Source: Synechococcus sp. (GTDB lineage Bacteria > Cyanobacteriota > Cyanobacteriia > PCC-6307 > Cyanobiaceae). Taken from it: a DNA stretch of 64,000 bases. A model generated the notes under the pieces. That model saw only the letters and a list, made by a program, of their open reading frames with translations. It did no database searches and was not told the origin of the DNA. A program made the position numbers and the translations under genes. Of the stretch, positions 62,207 through 64,000 are shown in pieces (position 1 is the first letter of the stretch; every line of letters begins with the position of its first letter). The stretch is taken from positions 1,792,001-1,856,000 of the forward strand of contig JBJBDL010000003.1 of NCBI GenBank assembly GCA_047285305.1. Reading direction: 5' to 3'.

Positions 62207-64000
62207 TCAGTCGGTGACAACACCTTCAATCCGATCCTCAACCTCCTGGTAAAGCTCTTGCAGCTGCTCGATGTTTTCATCCGAGGTCTCCCAGTATCCG
62301 CGACCATGCACCTCAAGCAGTGTGCCCACGATCTGACGGAAGCTGTTGGGATTGAGTTCCATCAGACGCTTGCGCATCTCGGGATCGTTGATGAAGGTTT
62401 CATTGGCTTCTTCGTAGACGAAGTTGTCAACGGCACCGCTGGTGGCACTCCAACCCAGCGTGAAGTTGAGGCGCTTGGCCACCTCACGCACACCCTCGTA
62501 ACCGGAGTCGAGCATGCCTTCGTACCACTTGGGATTCAGCAGCTTGGTGCGTGAATCCAGGCGGATCGTTTCACTCAGCGAACGCACCTGCGCGTTGGCC
62601 GTGGTGGTGTCGGCGATGTAGCTGGTGGGAGCTTTGCCGTCATCACGCAGGCCAGCGATCAACTTGGTGGGGTCGGAGTCGAAGTAGTGGCTCACATCGG
62701 TAAGGGAGATCTCAGCCGAATCGAGGTTCTGGAAGGTGACATCCGCCGTCTTCATCACGTTCTCGAACACCTCCCGCTTCTGGTTCATCTCACCAGGGTT
62801 GTCGGCATTGAAGGCGAAGGTCTTGCGGGAGAGGTACATCTCCTGCAGCTCACCTTCCTCCTCCCAGGTGCTGTTCTCCACCGCGAGGTTCACGTTGGAG
62901 CTGTAGCTGCCGCTGGCGTTGGAGAACACCCGGCAAGCCGCATCCCGCAAGCTCGTGCCTTCTTGCTCCGCCTGCTCGAGGGCGTGCTTGCGAACGAAGT
63001 TTTGCTCCAGAGGCTCATCTGCCTCGGCAGCCATCTTCACGGCCTGATCGATCAGCGCCATCTGGTTGATGAACAGATCGCGGAACACACCGGAGCAGTT
63101 CACCACCACATCAACGCGGGGGCGACCGAGTTCTTCAAGGGGAATCAGCTCAAGCTTGTTCACCCGACCCACGGAGTCAGGCATCGGCTTGACGCCAACG
63201 AACCAGAGGATCTGAGCCAGGGATTCGCCGTAGGTCTTGATGTTGTCGGTTCCCCAGAGCACGCAGGCAATGGTTTCGGGCCAGGTGCCCTGCTCCTCGC
63301 GCTGACGCTCAATCAACTTGTCGACAACACTTTTGGCTGCAGCCACCGCTGCACGGGTGGGAATCGCCTGCGGGTCGAGGGCGTGGATGTTCTTGCCGCT
63401 GGGCAGCACACCAGGATTCCGAATGGGATCACCACCGGGGCCTGGAAGGATGTATTCACCATCGAGAGCCTTCAGCAGACTCTCCATCTCCATGTCGGCA
63501 CACACCTGCTCTAGGCAGAAGCGCAGATAGGAAAAGAGCTTGTCGAGCTCGGTGGCATCGATCTGCACAAAGCCAGCAATGCAGCAGGCCCGCAGCCAAG
63601 GCGAGGGAAGCTTGAAGCCAAACTTGGCCAGCAGGTCGTAGAACCAACCGAAGCTGTTGCGCAGGCTGACCCGACCGTCACGGCCGGTGAGCGTGCGAAC
63701 CATGGCGCCAATGGCAGCACGGGATGTCTCCGTGATCGTGCGGTTGAGCTCTACATCGGCGAGTACGCCCTCGTCGTTGCCTTTGTAGATGTCTTCGATC
63801 GAGCGGCCCATCGCCTCAGCCAGCAGGCCGGGGAGTGAGCGCAGCCCATCCTCCTCTCGCTCGAGAGCAGCGATGTTCACTAAGGTGGCAACGGCTTCCT
63901 CTGCGGTGGGAGGCTTGCCAATAGTGTGAAGGCCGCACGGAAGGAGACGGCTTTCGATCTCCATCAACTGGCGGTAGACGGCACCCACCAGGGCATCACG
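62207..64000 (-). CDS. chlH: magnesium chelatase subunit H, C-terminal part (starts beyond window)
   Basis: [37 protein letters not shown]. Confidence 0.97.
   Translation of the reverse strand, partial: RDALVGAVYRQLMEIESRLLPCGLHTIGKPPTAEEAVATLVNIAALEREEDGLRSLPGLLAEAMGRSIEDIYKGNDEGVLADVELNRTITETSRAAIGAMVRTLTGRDGRVSLRNSFGWFYDLLAKFGFKLPSPWLRACCIAGFVQIDATELDKLFSYLRFCLEQVCADMEMESLLKALDGEYILPGPGGDPIRNPGVLPSGKNIHALDPQAIPTRAAVAAAKSVVDKLIERQREEQGTWPETIACVLWGTDNIKTYGESLAQILWFVGVKPMPDSVGRVNKLELIPLEELGRPRVDVVVNCSGVFRDLFINQMALIDQAVKMAAEADEPLEQNFVRKHALEQAEQEGTSLRDAACRVFSNASGSYSSNVNLAVENSTWEEEGELQEMYLSRKTFAFNADNPGEMNQKREVFENVMKTADVTFQNLDSAEISLTDVSHYFDSDPTKLIAGLRDDGKAPTSYIADTTTANAQVRSLSETIRLDSRTKLLNPKWYEGMLDSGYEGVREVAKRLNFTLGWSATSGAVDNFVYEEANETFINDPEMRKRLMELNPNSFRQIVGTLLEVHGRGYWETSDENIEQLQELYQEVEDRIEGVVTD

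Overview
This 64-kb window is chromosomal DNA from a marine picocyanobacterium; gene content points to a marine Synechococcus. Most of it is core genome: crtH start, trmFO, psbY, stpA, metY/metA, cyAbrB, an amino-acid ABC transporter, sulP, cbiX, carB, tpiA, folP, the 3' part of chlH, and three tRNAs (Lys-TTT, Pro-TGG, fMet-CAT). Downstream of tRNA-Pro lies a visibly lower-GC accessory island (about 4990-15106) with no integrase, packed with microproteins, pseudogene remnants and regulatory motifs. Inside it, a perfect 294-bp direct repeat (10982-11275 and 15107-15400) brackets a 3.8-kb insert. The insert begins with two diverged tandem copies of a roughly 385-nt non-coding element whose helices are kept by compensatory changes and G-U pairs, with a 9-1-9 Fur-type palindrome between the copies. 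This candidate large structured RNA is the best novelty lead. Other leads are a cryptic GpsA-like dehydrogenase next to a NahK-like kinase/DOMON-like/lytic transglycosylase run, several sRNA candidates, and an NtcA site placed between -35 and -10. All family calls come from motif recognition by eye; no database searches were run.
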